From: Candidatus Saccharimonadota bacterium
Lineage (GTDB): Bacteria; Pseudomonadota; Gammaproteobacteria; Enterobacterales; Enterobacteriaceae
Length of the DNA: 32,000 nucleotides
Assembly: GCF_004296515.1 (NCBI RefSeq)
Contig: NZ_AP018160.1
Location: 194,300-226,299, forward strand
Direction of reading: 5' to 3'
Made by a program: the position numbers and the translations under genes. Positions 9,496-18,667 of the stretch are shown in pieces; position 1 is the first letter of the stretch, and each line of letters begins with the position of its first letter. The notes beneath the pieces are model-generated. The model was not told the DNA's origin. It made no database searches and worked only from the letters and a program-made list of their open reading frames with translations.

Positions 9496-10020
9496 TTAAT
9501 ATTTTAATTCTTCTATTATAAAATTCTTATTTGTATATATACATATATCACTTGCTATACATAATGATTTATTAACTATATCTTTAGCAGATAATTCAGT
9601 ATTTTCTAATAATGCACATGCTGCAGATTTTGCATACATTCCACCTGATCCAATAGCAATTAAATCATTATTTAATTGCATAACATCTCCATTACCACTT
9701 ATTAAAAATGATTTATCTATATCTACTACAACTAGTAAGGTTTCTAATGTTTTTAAAAATTTATCATTTCTCCAATTTTTTGATAAATCAACAGAAGACT
9801 TAAGTAAATTTCCATTATTTTCATTCAGTTTTTGTTCAAATAATTCTAATAAAGTAATAGAATCTGATGTACTACCAGAAAATCCTACTATAATACTATT
9901 ATTATAAATTTTACGTACTTTTTTAACATTTGGTTTTATTATATAATCACCAAATGTGGCTTGTCCATCACCACCTATTACAACATTGTTTTTTTTTCTA
10001 ACACTTAAAATAGTTGTCAT
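9496..10020 (-). CDS. hslV: ATP-dependent protease subunit HslV
   Basis: [24 protein letters not shown] (catalytic Thr2) and [11 protein letters not shown]. It lies immediately upstream of hslU. Confidence 0.95.
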   Translation of the reverse strand: MTTILSVRKKNNVVIGGDGQATFGDYIIKPNVKKVRKIYNNSIIVGFSGSTSDSITLLELFEQKLNENNGNLLKSSVDLSKNWRNDKFLKTLETLLVVVDIDKSFLISGNGDVMQLNNDLIAIGSGGMYAKSAACALLENTELSAKDIVNKSLCIASDICIYTNKNFIIEELKY

Positions 10021-10174
10021 AATATTTATATTAAAATTTATATAGTAAATAATATAATTATATTATATATAATTTATAAATAAAATAATTTTAATAAAAA
10101 TAATAAAATCATATTTTACATATTAATAAATTTATATTAATATATAAAATAAAATTTATTTATTATAATTATAT

Positions 10175-10384
10175 ATGAAAAAAAATATTCATCCTAATAT
10201 ATTTAATATAGATGTTATATGTTCTTGTAACAATATAATAAAAATTAAATCAACTTCTAATAGTAATATTAATATAGATACTTGTAATTTATGTCATCCT
10301 TTTTATACTAATAAAAATCGTATTATATATAATATAGGTAAAATAGGGAAATTTAATAATAAGTTTAAAGATTTTTTTGAGTAA
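10175..10384 (+). CDS. rpmE: 50S ribosomal protein L31 (four-Cys, zinc-ribbon type)
   Basis: MKKNIHPN...CSC...IKSTSNSNINIDTCNLCHPFYT matches L31. The CxC...CxxC motif is retained. Confidence 0.9.
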   Translation: MKKNIHPNIFNIDVICSCNNIIKIKSTSNSNINIDTCNLCHPFYTNKNRIIYNIGKIGKFNNKFKDFFE

Positions 10385-10438
10385 TATTATTATAACTTAA
10401 TATTTTATTGTTTATACATTAATTTAAATTGGTATATT

Positions 10439-10753
10439 ATGATGTATGTAGTTTTTTGTAATAAAGGAAAACAATATATTGCTGAAAATAATAGTATATT
10501 ATTTATAGATAAATTAAATAATAATGAAAATGATTATATAGAATTTAATAATATTATTTTAGTTTATAAGGATAATGATATAATAATAGATAAAGAGTAT
10601 TTATCTAAAATTAAAATAATAGCTTTAGTTTTAAAACATATAAAAGGAAAAAAAATAGGAATAGTAAAATTTAAAAGAAGAAAAAATTATTTAAAAAGAT
10701 ATAATCATCGTAAATTAATTACTAAAATAAAAATTTGTAACATTATCTTATAA
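10439..10753 (+). CDS. rplU: 50S ribosomal protein L21 (start may be the second ATG at 10442)
   Basis: MYVVF..GKQY at the N-terminus and [23 protein letters not shown]. It lies upstream of rpmA, as in the rplU-rpmA operon. Confidence 0.88.
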   Translation: MMYVVFCNKGKQYIAENNSILFIDKLNNNENDYIEFNNIILVYKDNDIIIDKEYLSKIKIIALVLKHIKGKKIGIVKFKRRKNYLKRYNHRKLITKIKICNIIL

Positions 10754-10758
10754 TATTT

Positions 10759-11022
10759 ATGGCTCATAAGAAAGCGGCTGGATCTACTAAAAATGGTAGA
10801 GATTCTATAGGTAAAAGATTAGGAATAAAATGTTATGATGGAGAAAATGTACTACCTGGATATATAATATTAAGACAAAGAGGAATGAAAATTAGACCAG
10901 GTTGTAATGTAAAATGTGGTAGAGATTATACTATATATTCTTTAATAAAAGGAAAGGTTAAATTTATTAAAAAGAATAATATTAATAAAATATTTGTTAA
11001 TGTTATTAAAAATAATATATGA
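10759..11022 (+). CDS. rpmA: 50S ribosomal protein L27
   Basis: [24 protein letters not shown]...ILRQRG is the L27 signature. The TGA stop overlaps the obgE ATG (ATGA at 11019-11022). Confidence 0.96.
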   Translation: MAHKKAAGSTKNGRDSIGKRLGIKCYDGENVLPGYIILRQRGMKIRPGCNVKCGRDYTIYSLIKGKVKFIKKNNINKIFVNVIKNNI

Positions 11023-12068
11023 AAAATTTTTATGAAACTATTATAACAGTATATGCTGGTAATGGTGGAAATGGAAATTGTAGTTTTAGTAAATCTTCTA
11101 AAAAATTATTCAGTGGAAAACCTGATGGAGGAAATGGTGGTAATGGAGGTAATATATTTATATTTTCTAATAAAAGTATAAATAATTTATTAAAAATAAA
11201 TAATAAAAAAATATTTAAAGCCGAAAATGGAAGAAATGGTTTGAATAATAAATGTAATGGAAGAAATGGTAAAAATTTAATAATAAATGTACCAATTAAT
11301 ACTAAAATATATAATTTAGATACATCTGAATTAATAGATAATTTAGATATAGATAATAAAATTATATTAGTTGCAAAAGGTGGAAATAAAGGATTAGGTA
11401 ATTTTATTTTTAAATCTTCTATTAATAGATCTCCTAAAAACTTTACAAATGGAAAAAAAGGAGAAATAAGAAAATTAAAATTAATATTTAATTTAAGACC
11501 AAATGTTTGTATATTAGGAATGGTTAATTCAGGTAAATCTTCTTTAATAAATTTAATATCTAACTCAAATTCTAAAATAGATAATTATCCATTTACTACT
11601 AAATATCCTATATTAGGAACTTTATTTAGTGAAAATTATAAAAAAATATCTATATTAGATACACCAGCAATATTTAATAATATTTATAAAAATAAATATT
11701 TAAATTTAAATATATTTAAATATTTTGAAAAGTGTAATTTAATACTATATATAATAGATTCTTCAATAATAAATCAAAAATTTATTTATGATAATATAAA
11801 TATTATTAATTATATTATAAACGATAAATTAATATGTAAAAATATATGGATTGTATTTAATAAATTAGATTTAGTAAATAATATATTTAATTTTAATAAA
11901 ATTATTAAATTTAATTTTAATAATAAATATAAATATTATATAATTTCATGTTTAAACAAATTTAATATAAATAACCTACTATTAGATATAAATAATTTTA
12001 TTGACAAAAATATGTATTTAAATATTCATAAATATGAAAATAAAGATTTAAATATTAATTGGAATTAA
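11019..12068 (+). CDS. obgE: GTPase Obg/CgtA
   Basis: Glycine-rich Obg fold ([27 protein letters not shown]), G1 [10 protein letters not shown]2 YPFTT and G4 NKLD. The G3 motif reads DTPA instead of DxPG. Confidence 0.9.
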   Translation: MKNFYETIITVYAGNGGNGNCSFSKSSKKLFSGKPDGGNGGNGGNIFIFSNKSINNLLKINNKKIFKAENGRNGLNNKCNGRNGKNLIINVPINTKIYNLDTSELIDNLDIDNKIILVAKGGNKGLGNFIFKSSINRSPKNFTNGKKGEIRKLKLIFNLRPNVCILGMVNSGKSSLINLISNSNSKIDNYPFTTKYPILGTLFSENYKKISILDTPAIFNNIYKNKYLNLNIFKYFEKCNLILYIIDSSIINQKFIYDNINIINYIINDKLICKNIWIVFNKLDLVNNIFNFNKIIKFNFNNKYKYYIISCLNKFNINNLLLDINNFIDKNMYLNIHKYENKDLNINWN

Positions 12069-12099
12069 AAATTTTAAAATTATATTAAAAGGTATTTTA

Positions 12100-12120
12100 A
12101 TGACTAAAATGTTCCTATGA
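12100..12120 (+). promoter_or_regulatory. 6-codon upstream mini-ORF (MTKMFL*) with its own SD; its TGA overlaps the greA ATG
   Basis: aaaaGGt at 12087-12093 lies 7 nt before ATG 12100. The ORF reads ATG ACT AAA ATG TTC CTA TGA, and TGA 12118-12120 overlaps the greA ATG at 12117-12119. Confidence 0.35.
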
Positions 12121-12578
12121 CTTTAAATGGTGCAAATAAATTAAGAAAAGAATTAAATTTTTTGAAAAAAATAAGTAGACCTAAAATAATTCAAAGTATT
12201 ATTGAAGCTAGAAAACATGGTGATTTAAAAGAAAATTATGAATATCATGCAGCTAAAGAACAACAAAAATTATGTGAAAATAGAATAAAAAATATAGAAA
12301 TTAAATTATTAAATTCAAAAATAATAGATATAAAAAATATAAAAAATAATAATTTAATTATATTTGGATCAACAGTAGAATTAGAAAATTTAAATTCTAA
12401 TAATAAAGAAGAATATTGTATAGTAGGTGAAGAAGAATTTGATATAAAAAATAATAGGATATCTATATATTCACCTATTGCTAAAGGATTAATAGGTAAA
12501 AAAATAGGAGATATTGTTTATATACAAGTTCCTATGGGTGTTTTAAAATATAAAATAGTTAATATAAAATATATCTAA
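12117..12578 (+). CDS. greA: transcript cleavage factor GreA
   Basis: [48 protein letters not shown] aligns with E. coli GreA from Met6 onward. Confidence 0.93.
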   Translation: MTLNGANKLRKELNFLKKISRPKIIQSIIEARKHGDLKENYEYHAAKEQQKLCENRIKNIEIKLLNSKIIDIKNIKNNNLIIFGSTVELENLNSNNKEEYCIVGEEEFDIKNNRISIYSPIAKGLIGKKIGDIVYIQVPMGVLKYKIVNIKYI

Positions 12579-12601
12579 TATATAAATTTATTTACTATAA
12601 T

Positions 12602-13207
12602 TTGAAAAATAAATATTGGATAAAAAATAGATTAAATGATTTTTATGTAAAAAAATCTATAATTAATAATTATAGATCTAGATCTAGATTTAAAATACAG
12701 GAAATAAATAATAAATTTAATATTTTTAAAAAAAATATTAATATTGTAGATATAGGATCTTCACCAGGTGGATGGTCAGAATATGCTAGTGAAATTATAA
12801 ATAATACTGGTAAAATATTTTCATGTGATATTTTACCTATGAAAAATATTAATAATGTTTTATTTTATAAAGGAGATATATTAGATAATAATTTTTTAAA
12901 TAAATTTATAAAAGAAATAAATGGTTATGATATTAAAGTTGTAATGTCAGATGTTTCTCCAAATATAAGTGGATTTTCTTGTATAGATTTACCTAAAATT
13001 ATTACTTTAGCTAATTTATCTTTAAAAATATATTTAAATTTAGTTAAATCTAATGGATATTTTATATTAAAATTATTTTATGGAAATGATATTAATATTT
13101 TTTTAAAAAAAATTAAATTAATTTTTAAAAATGTTAATATTTTTAAACCTTTTTCTTCTAGTAAAAATTCTAGTGAATTTTATATTATTGCTAATAATTT
13201 AATATAA
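12602..13207 (+). CDS. rlmE: 23S rRNA (Um2552) 2'-O-methyltransferase RlmE/FtsJ, TTG start
   Basis: W...DFYVKKS...YRSRSRFKIQEI and the SAM motif VDIGSSPGGWS. It lies immediately upstream of ftsH. The codon at 12602-12604 is TTG, and there is no in-frame ATG nearby. Confidence 0.88.
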   Translation: MKNKYWIKNRLNDFYVKKSIINNYRSRSRFKIQEINNKFNIFKKNINIVDIGSSPGGWSEYASEIINNTGKIFSCDILPMKNINNVLFYKGDILDNNFLNKFIKEINGYDIKVVMSDVSPNISGFSCIDLPKIITLANLSLKIYLNLVKSNGYFILKLFYGNDINIFLKKIKLIFKNVNIFKPFSSSKNSSEFYIIANNLI

Positions 13208-13248
13208 ATATTTAATTATCTAATTATAAATTTAGTATAAAGGTATTT

Positions 13249-15039
13249 ATGGACATACTAAAAAATTTTTTTATTTGGTTATTTGTATCAATAGTATTAA
13301 TTTTTATATTACAAAATATAAACTTTAATAATAATTATAGTAAAGATAAGATAGAATATTCTAGATTTATATATGACTTAAATAATAATAGAATAAAAGA
13401 AGTATATATAAATGGTAGAGAAATTTTAGTTACAAAAAAAAATAATAATAATTATATTACATATATTCCTTTTTATGATTCTGAACTATTAAAAAATTTA
13501 TTAAAAAAAAATATAAAAATAATTGGAGAACCTATAGAAAAAAATAATTTATTAACTTCTATATTTATATCATGGTCTCCTATATTAATATTAATAATTA
13601 TTTGGATATTTTTTATTAAACAAATTCAATTAAACAATAAGAATGCTATAAATTTTAGTAAAAATAGAGCAAAAATAATATTTAATAAAGTTGATATTAA
13701 TTTTTCTGATGTTGCTGGATGTGATGAAGTTAAAAATGAGATAAGCGATATAATATTTTTTTTAAAAAACCCAGAAAAATTTAAAAATATTGGTTGTAGA
13801 ATTCCTAAAGGTATATTGATGGTAGGACTTCCAGGAACAGGAAAAACTTTATTAGCAAAAGCATTAGCTGGAGAATCAAATGTTCCTTTTTTTAATATTT
13901 CCGGTTCTGATTTTGTTGAAATGTTTGTTGGAGTAGGAGCTTCAAGAGTTAGAAATATGTTTTATGAAGCAAAAAAAAATAGTCCTTGTATAATATTTAT
14001 AGATGAAATAGATGCAGTTGGAAGACAAAGAGGATTTGGATTAGGAAGTGGAAATGATGAAAGAGAACAAACTTTAAATCAAATACTTGTAGAAATGGAT
14101 GGATTTAATACAAAAGATAATATAGTAGTAATAGCTGCTACAAATAGGTTAGATATATTAGATCCAGCTTTATTAAGATCAGGTAGATTTGACAGACAAA
14201 TTTTAATAGATCTTCCAGATATAAAAGGTAGAGAAGAAATATTAAGAATACATACGAAAAAAATATTTATGGATTTAAATATTAATTTATCATTAATTTC
14301 TAAATATACTTCTGGATTTTCTGGAGCGGATCTGTTTAATTTAGTTAATGAATCTGTAATACTTGCTATAAAAAATAATAAAAATCATGTATCTATGGAT
14401 GATTTTGAAAAATCAATAGATAAAATATTATTAGGTTTAGAAAAAAGTTCAATGGTTATAACAAATGACCAAAAAGAATTAACTGCATATCATGAATCTG
14501 GACATACAATAGTTGGTAAATTAATATCAAATAATGATTTATTACATAAAGTAACAATAATACCTAGAAGTAAATCATTAGGAGCAACTTGTTTTTTACA
14601 AGAAGAAAATTTATTAAATTTTAATAAAATTAAATTAGAAAATCAAATATCAATATTATATGGAGGTAGAATAGCTGAAGAAATAATATATGGCAAAAAT
14701 TTTGTTTCTACTGGTTCTAAAGATGATATAAAAAAAGCAACAATAATTGCTAGAAATATGATAATGAAATGGGGATATTCTTATAAATTAGGTCCATTAT
14801 ATTATGATAATATAGATTTGTCTAATAAAAAATTATTTAATAATAATAAAAATATATCTGAATATACACATAAAATAATAGATGAAGAAATATTAAATTT
14901 AATAAAAATTAATTATAATAAAGCAAAAAATATATTAATAAATAATATAAATATTCTACATAATATGAAAGATGCTTTAATAGAATATGAAACATTAGAC
15001 TCTATTCAAATAAATAAAATAATAAATAAAAAATTATAA
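13249..15039 (+). CDS. ftsH: ATP-dependent zinc metalloprotease FtsH
   Basis: Two N-terminal TM segments, Walker [18 protein letters not shown], Walker [33 protein letters not shown] and zinc site HESGH. AAAGG SD lies 5 nt upstream. Confidence 0.97.
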   Translation: MDILKNFFIWLFVSIVLIFILQNINFNNNYSKDKIEYSRFIYDLNNNRIKEVYINGREILVTKKNNNNYITYIPFYDSELLKNLLKKNIKIIGEPIEKNNLLTSIFISWSPILILIIIWIFFIKQIQLNNKNAINFSKNRAKIIFNKVDINFSDVAGCDEVKNEISDIIFFLKNPEKFKNIGCRIPKGILMVGLPGTGKTLLAKALAGESNVPFFNISGSDFVEMFVGVGASRVRNMFYEAKKNSPCIIFIDEIDAVGRQRGFGLGSGNDEREQTLNQILVEMDGFNTKDNIVVIAATNRLDILDPALLRSGRFDRQILIDLPDIKGREEILRIHTKKIFMDLNINLSLISKYTSGFSGADLFNLVNESVILAIKNNKNHVSMDDFEKSIDKILLGLEKSSMVITNDQKELTAYHESGHTIVGKLISNNDLLHKVTIIPRSKSLGATCFLQEENLLNFNKIKLENQISILYGGRIAEEIIYGKNFVSTGSKDDIKKATIIARNMIMKWGYSYKLGPLYYDNIDLSNKKLFNNNKNISEYTHKIIDEEILNLIKINYNKAKNILINNINILHNMKDALIEYETLDSIQINKIINKKL

Positions 15040-15044
15040 ATAAT

Positions 15045-15260
15045 ATGCGTATAATATTTACTTTATTATTTGTAATAACATCTATATTTTTAATTTTTTT
15101 TATAACCTATTTTAATATAAATAATGAAAGATTAGAATTTAATTATTTAGATGATTTAAATATGGTTAATAGAAAATCTTTTGATTATTTAAATAATATT
15201 ATATCTTTTTTTTCATTATTATTTTTTATATTTAGTTTAATATTAAAATTTTATTATTAA
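15045..15260 (+). CDS. secG: probable preprotein translocase subunit SecG (highly diverged)
   Basis: 71 aa with hydrophobic N- and C-terminal segments; the C-terminal FFSLLFFIFSLIL resembles E. coli SecG LATLFFIISLVL. It occupies the secG slot between ftsH and tRNA-Leu(GAG), which is leuU in E. coli. The glycine-rich loop is not recognisable. Confidence 0.55.
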   Translation: MRIIFTLLFVITSIFLIFFITYFNINNERLEFNYLDDLNMVNRKSFDYLNNIISFFSLLFFIFSLILKFYY

Positions 15261-15268
15261 AATATTAT

Positions 15269-15348
15269 ACCGAGGTGGTGAAATTGGTAAACACGCTATT
15301 ATGAGATAATAGTGCTTATGCTTATGGGTTCAAATCCCTTCCTCGGTA
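15269..15348 (+). tRNA. leuU: tRNA-Leu, anticodon GAG (type II, long variable arm); no encoded CCA
   Basis: accgaggtggtgaaattggtaaacacgctattatGAGataatag...gggttcaaatcccttcctcggta closely parallels E. coli leuU. Acceptor stem is ACCGAGG/CCTCGGT and the anticodon loop is atGAGat. The T-stem has one mismatch. Confidence 0.9.
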
Positions 15349-15392
15349 ATTTAAAAAATTGTTTTTTTACATAAAATATAGTATATTATTTA

Positions 15393-15466
15393 AGCGGAGT
15401 AGAGCAGTTTGGAAGCTCGTCGGGCTCATAACCCGAAGGTCGTTGGTTCGATTCCAACCTCCGCAA
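15393..15466 (+). tRNA. metY: initiator tRNA-fMet, anticodon CAT; no encoded CCA
   Basis: gcggagtagagcagtttggaagctcgtcgggctCATaacccgaaggtcgttggttcgattccaacctccgca. Initiator hallmarks are kept: a 1:72 mismatch (A/A), A11:T24, and three consecutive G:C pairs closing the anticodon stem (GGG/CCC). Confidence 0.93.
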
Positions 15467-15479
15467 CTTAAACTTAAAT

Positions 15480-15533
15480 ATATATAAAATTAAAATAATA
15501 TTATTATATTTATATTATTTTAATTTTATATAT
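15480..15533. repeat. 22-bp perfect inverted repeat (A/T only) with a 10-nt loop in the tRNA-fMet/nusA spacer; candidate processing or terminator hairpin
   Basis: 15480-15501 atatataaaattaaaataatat is the exact reverse complement of 15512-15533 atattattttaattttatatat. All 22 pairs were checked by hand. It is followed by TTTT. Confidence 0.6.
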
Positions 15534-15571
15534 TTTATATTAATATTATTAAATTATTATAATAAATTGTA

Positions 15572-16573
15572 ATGAAAGATATTCTAAATATTGTTGAATA
15601 TTTATCTAATGATAAATTAATTAAAAAAGATAAAATTTTTGACATAATAGAATCAATTATTAAATTTTCTATAAAAAAAAAATTTAAAGATGATTTTAAT
15701 AATATTAAAATTATATTTGATAGAAAAATTGGATCATTAAAAATATTTAAAATAATAAAAAATAATAATATTACAAATGAAAAAAAAACATATATTAATA
15801 AATTAAATACAGATTTTTTTTTAGAAGAAATAAAAGATATAGAATATAATAGAACTATAATACAATATGCTAAAAATTTTATATTTAAAAAAATAAATAA
15901 TTTAGAAAAATTAGAACTTTTTAATAAATATAAGAATTCTATGAATAAAGTATTTTTATGTATTGTAAAGAAAATATATAATAATAAGATATTATTACTT
16001 ATAGATAACAATATAGAAGGAATTATATTTAATAAAAATTTATTATATAATGATAATTTTAAGGTAAATGATAAATTTAAAGGAATTTTATACTTTATAA
16101 AAAGTACTAAATATAATATACAATTATTTATAAGTAGAATAGGTTCTACAATAATTAGAGAATTATTAAATAATGAAATTTTTGAATTAAATAATAATAC
16201 TATTACAATAGTTTCAATATCTAGAGAACCAGGAATAAAAACTAAAATAGCAGTAAAATCTAATAATAGAAATATAAATCCTATACATTTTCTTGTTATA
16301 AATAAAAAATATGTATTAAAATTAATATCTAACGAATTTAATAAAGAATCAATAGATATAATTTTATGGAATTCAAATCTATTAGAATTTATAAAAAATT
16401 CTATATATCCTATAAATATAAAATCTATTTATTTTAATAAAAAAAATAATAATATAAATATATTAATAAATAAAAATGATATATTAAAAGTAATTGGTAA
16501 AAATGGTATAAATATTAAATTAATATCTTCTTTAGTAAATCATAGTATAAATATTTCTTATAATAAAAATTAG
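15572..16573 (+). CDS. nusA: transcription termination/antitermination factor NusA, short form ending after KH2
   Basis: MKDILNIVEYLSNDKLIKKDKIFDIIESI matches the NusA N-terminal domain. A GKNGINIKLIS (KH GxxG) motif lies near the C-terminus. It lies downstream of metY and upstream of infB. Confidence 0.88.
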   Translation: MKDILNIVEYLSNDKLIKKDKIFDIIESIIKFSIKKKFKDDFNNIKIIFDRKIGSLKIFKIIKNNNITNEKKTYINKLNTDFFLEEIKDIEYNRTIIQYAKNFIFKKINNLEKLELFNKYKNSMNKVFLCIVKKIYNNKILLLIDNNIEGIIFNKNLLYNDNFKVNDKFKGILYFIKSTKYNIQLFISRIGSTIIRELLNNEIFELNNNTITIVSISREPGIKTKIAVKSNNRNINPIHFLVINKKYVLKLISNEFNKESIDIILWNSNLLEFIKNSIYPINIKSIYFNKKNNNINILINKNDILKVIGKNGINIKLISSLVNHSINISYNKN

Positions 16574-16589
16574 ATACTATAAAATTTGT

Positions 16590-18335
16590 ATGAGTAAAAT
16601 TATAAATAATAATTTAATAGAAATAAATAAAAAAATAAATTTTACTAAATTAATAAGTAAACTTTCTTTAAAAGAAAAAGATATTAATTATATAAAAAGT
16701 ATATTTAATATAGATAATATTAAAATTATTAATATTGATTTATTAAAAAATATTTTAAATAAATTAAATTATATTATTATAGAAGAATTTAATGATAATA
16801 TAGATAAATTATATATTACATTAAAAAAAAATAATAATATTGATTATAGACCACCAATAATTACATTAATAGGACATGTAGATAGTGGTAAAACTTCTAT
16901 ATTAGATTGTATAGAATTAAATAATTCTATTAATAATGAAGTTAGAGGAATAACTCAATATATAAGATCTTTTAAAGTTAATTATTCTGATAATAAAAAT
17001 TTTATATTTATTGATACTCCAGGTCATGAATCATTTGTTAATATTAGAAATAATTGCATTAAAATTTCTGACATTATAATTTTAGTTATATCTGTTGATG
17101 ATATACTTAAAAATAATATTATAGATAAATTTATAAATGAAATTTTATATACAAATTTAACATTTAAATTAATAATTATTATAAATAAAATAGATAAAAT
17201 AAATGATTTTAATAGTTTAAAATTTAAATTTGAAAATAATTATAATTCTATATTTAAAAATATTGATATAAATTATGATATTTTATATTTGTCAGCTAAA
17301 TATAAAAAAAATATTGATTTATTAATTAACAATATTAAATCAAAATTTAATTATATTGATTTAAAATTTAGTAAAGAAAATATTGCATATGGTATAGTTA
17401 TTGAATCATATATTGATAAAAATATGGGACCTACAGCTAAAATAATAATAAAAGATGGTACAATAAATGTTGGTGATTTAATACTATTTGATTATTTTTT
17501 TTGTAAATTAAAATTAATAATAGATAATAATAATAAAATAAATAGTGCAAATCCTTTAAATATTGTTAAAATTTTCGGTTTGCCTACCTTATCTAAAATA
17601 GGTGAAAAAATAATTATATTAAATGATATAAAAAAAATAAAAAATATAATTTCATATAGAAATATCATTAAAAATAAAAATAATTTATATATTAATAAAT
17701 ATAATGATTTTTTAAATAAAAATAAATATAATTTAAATTATATAATAAAAACAAATTCTATTGGAATTAATGATGCTATTTTACATTCTATAAAAGAAAT
17801 ATCTAATAATAATTGTAATAATATAAATATAAATATATTAAAAATAGAAACAGGAATTTTAAAAAAAGATGATATATATTTATCTTTAAATTCTAATTCA
17901 GAATTATTATTATTTAATGTTAAAATTGATTTAAATTTAATCAAATTAATTAATAATTTTAATATTAAAATTAAATCTTATTCTATAATATATGATTTAA
18001 TAGATTATATTAAATATTCTATTAAAAATATTTTAAGCTTAGAAGAAAAAAGTAATATAGAAGGAAATGCTAATGTTATTAAAATATTTAATATAAATAA
18101 TTCTATTATTATAGGATGCAAATTAGAAAATGGTGTGTTTCGTAAAAAAAATAATATAAAAATTTTTAGAAAAGATATTTTATTATATGATGGAAATATA
18201 TTGTCTATGAAAATTCTTAAAAAAAGTGTTAATGAAGTAAATAATAATACAGAATTTGGTATTTCAATAAATAAAAATAATATATTAATAAAAGAAGGAG
18301 ATAAGATTATTTCTTTTAAAGAAATAAATGAATAA
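16590..18335 (+). CDS. infB: translation initiation factor IF-2 (N-terminally shortened)
   Basis: RPPIITLIGHVDSGKTSILD (G1), IDTPGHESF (G3) and NKIDK (G4). The stop TAA shares one base with the rbfA ATG (TAATG at 18333-18337). Confidence 0.93.
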   Translation: MSKIINNNLIEINKKINFTKLISKLSLKEKDINYIKSIFNIDNIKIINIDLLKNILNKLNYIIIEEFNDNIDKLYITLKKNNNIDYRPPIITLIGHVDSGKTSILDCIELNNSINNEVRGITQYIRSFKVNYSDNKNFIFIDTPGHESFVNIRNNCIKISDIIILVISVDDILKNNIIDKFINEILYTNLTFKLIIIINKIDKINDFNSLKFKFENNYNSIFKNIDINYDILYLSAKYKKNIDLLINNIKSKFNYIDLKFSKENIAYGIVIESYIDKNMGPTAKIIIKDGTINVGDLILFDYFFCKLKLIIDNNNKINSANPLNIVKIFGLPTLSKIGEKIIILNDIKKIKNIISYRNIIKNKNNLYINKYNDFLNKNKYNLNYIIKTNSIGINDAILHSIKEISNNNCNNININILKIETGILKKDDIYLSLNSNSELLLFNVKIDLNLIKLINNFNIKIKSYSIIYDLIDYIKYSIKNILSLEEKSNIEGNANVIKIFNINNSIIIGCKLENGVFRKKNNIKIFRKDILLYDGNILSMKILKKSVNEVNNNTEFGISINKNNILIKEGDKIISFKEINE

Positions 18336-18664
18336 TGTTTTATATAAATAGATTAGAAAAAGATATAAGATATAAAATATATTATATTATATTAAAGTTC
18401 ATAAATGATAATAGATTAAAAAATATAACTATATTAGATGTTAAATTATATAAAGATTTTTCTATTGTAAAAATATATATATTACATTTAATTAATAATT
18501 CATGTAATATAATTAAATTATTAAATAATTCTTCAAATTTTATTAGAAAAAAATTATTTAAAAATATTAAAATAAAAAAAATTCCTAAATTGTTATTTGT
18601 TTATGATAAATATGTAAATAATACTATTAATATTATTAATTTAATAAATAATTTAAAATATTAA
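18335..18664 (+). CDS. rbfA: ribosome-binding factor A
   Basis: 109 aa in the conserved infB-rbfA-truB slot. It ends with the KIPKLLFVYD motif typical of RbfA (P.L.F..D). Confidence 0.75.
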   Translation: MFYINRLEKDIRYKIYYIILKFINDNRLKNITILDVKLYKDFSIVKIYILHLINNSCNIIKLLNNSSNFIRKKLFKNIKIKKIPKLLFVYDKYVNNTINIINLINNLKY

Positions 18665-18667
18665 AGT

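Noticed and set aside
10021-10174. Divergent hslV/rpmE spacer examined for a sigma-32 heat-shock promoter (CTTGAAA...CCCCAT) or a sigma-70 -35/-10
   Set aside because: There is no CCCC or TTGA-type element. TATAAT-like hexamers occur every few bases in this sequence, so any promoter call would be arbitrary.
10439-10441. Double ATG at the rplU start (MMYVVF)
   Set aside because: This is not a feature, only start-site ambiguity. E. coli L21 begins MYAVF, so 10442 may be the real start.
15535-16011. 158-aa minus-strand ORF overlapping the nusA 5' half
   Set aside because: Same artefact. It is antisense to nusA, low-complexity and hydrophobic, and it begins inside the hairpin spacer.
17738-17944. 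68-aa minus-strand ORF inside infB
   Set aside because: Antisense, short and low-complexity, with no support.
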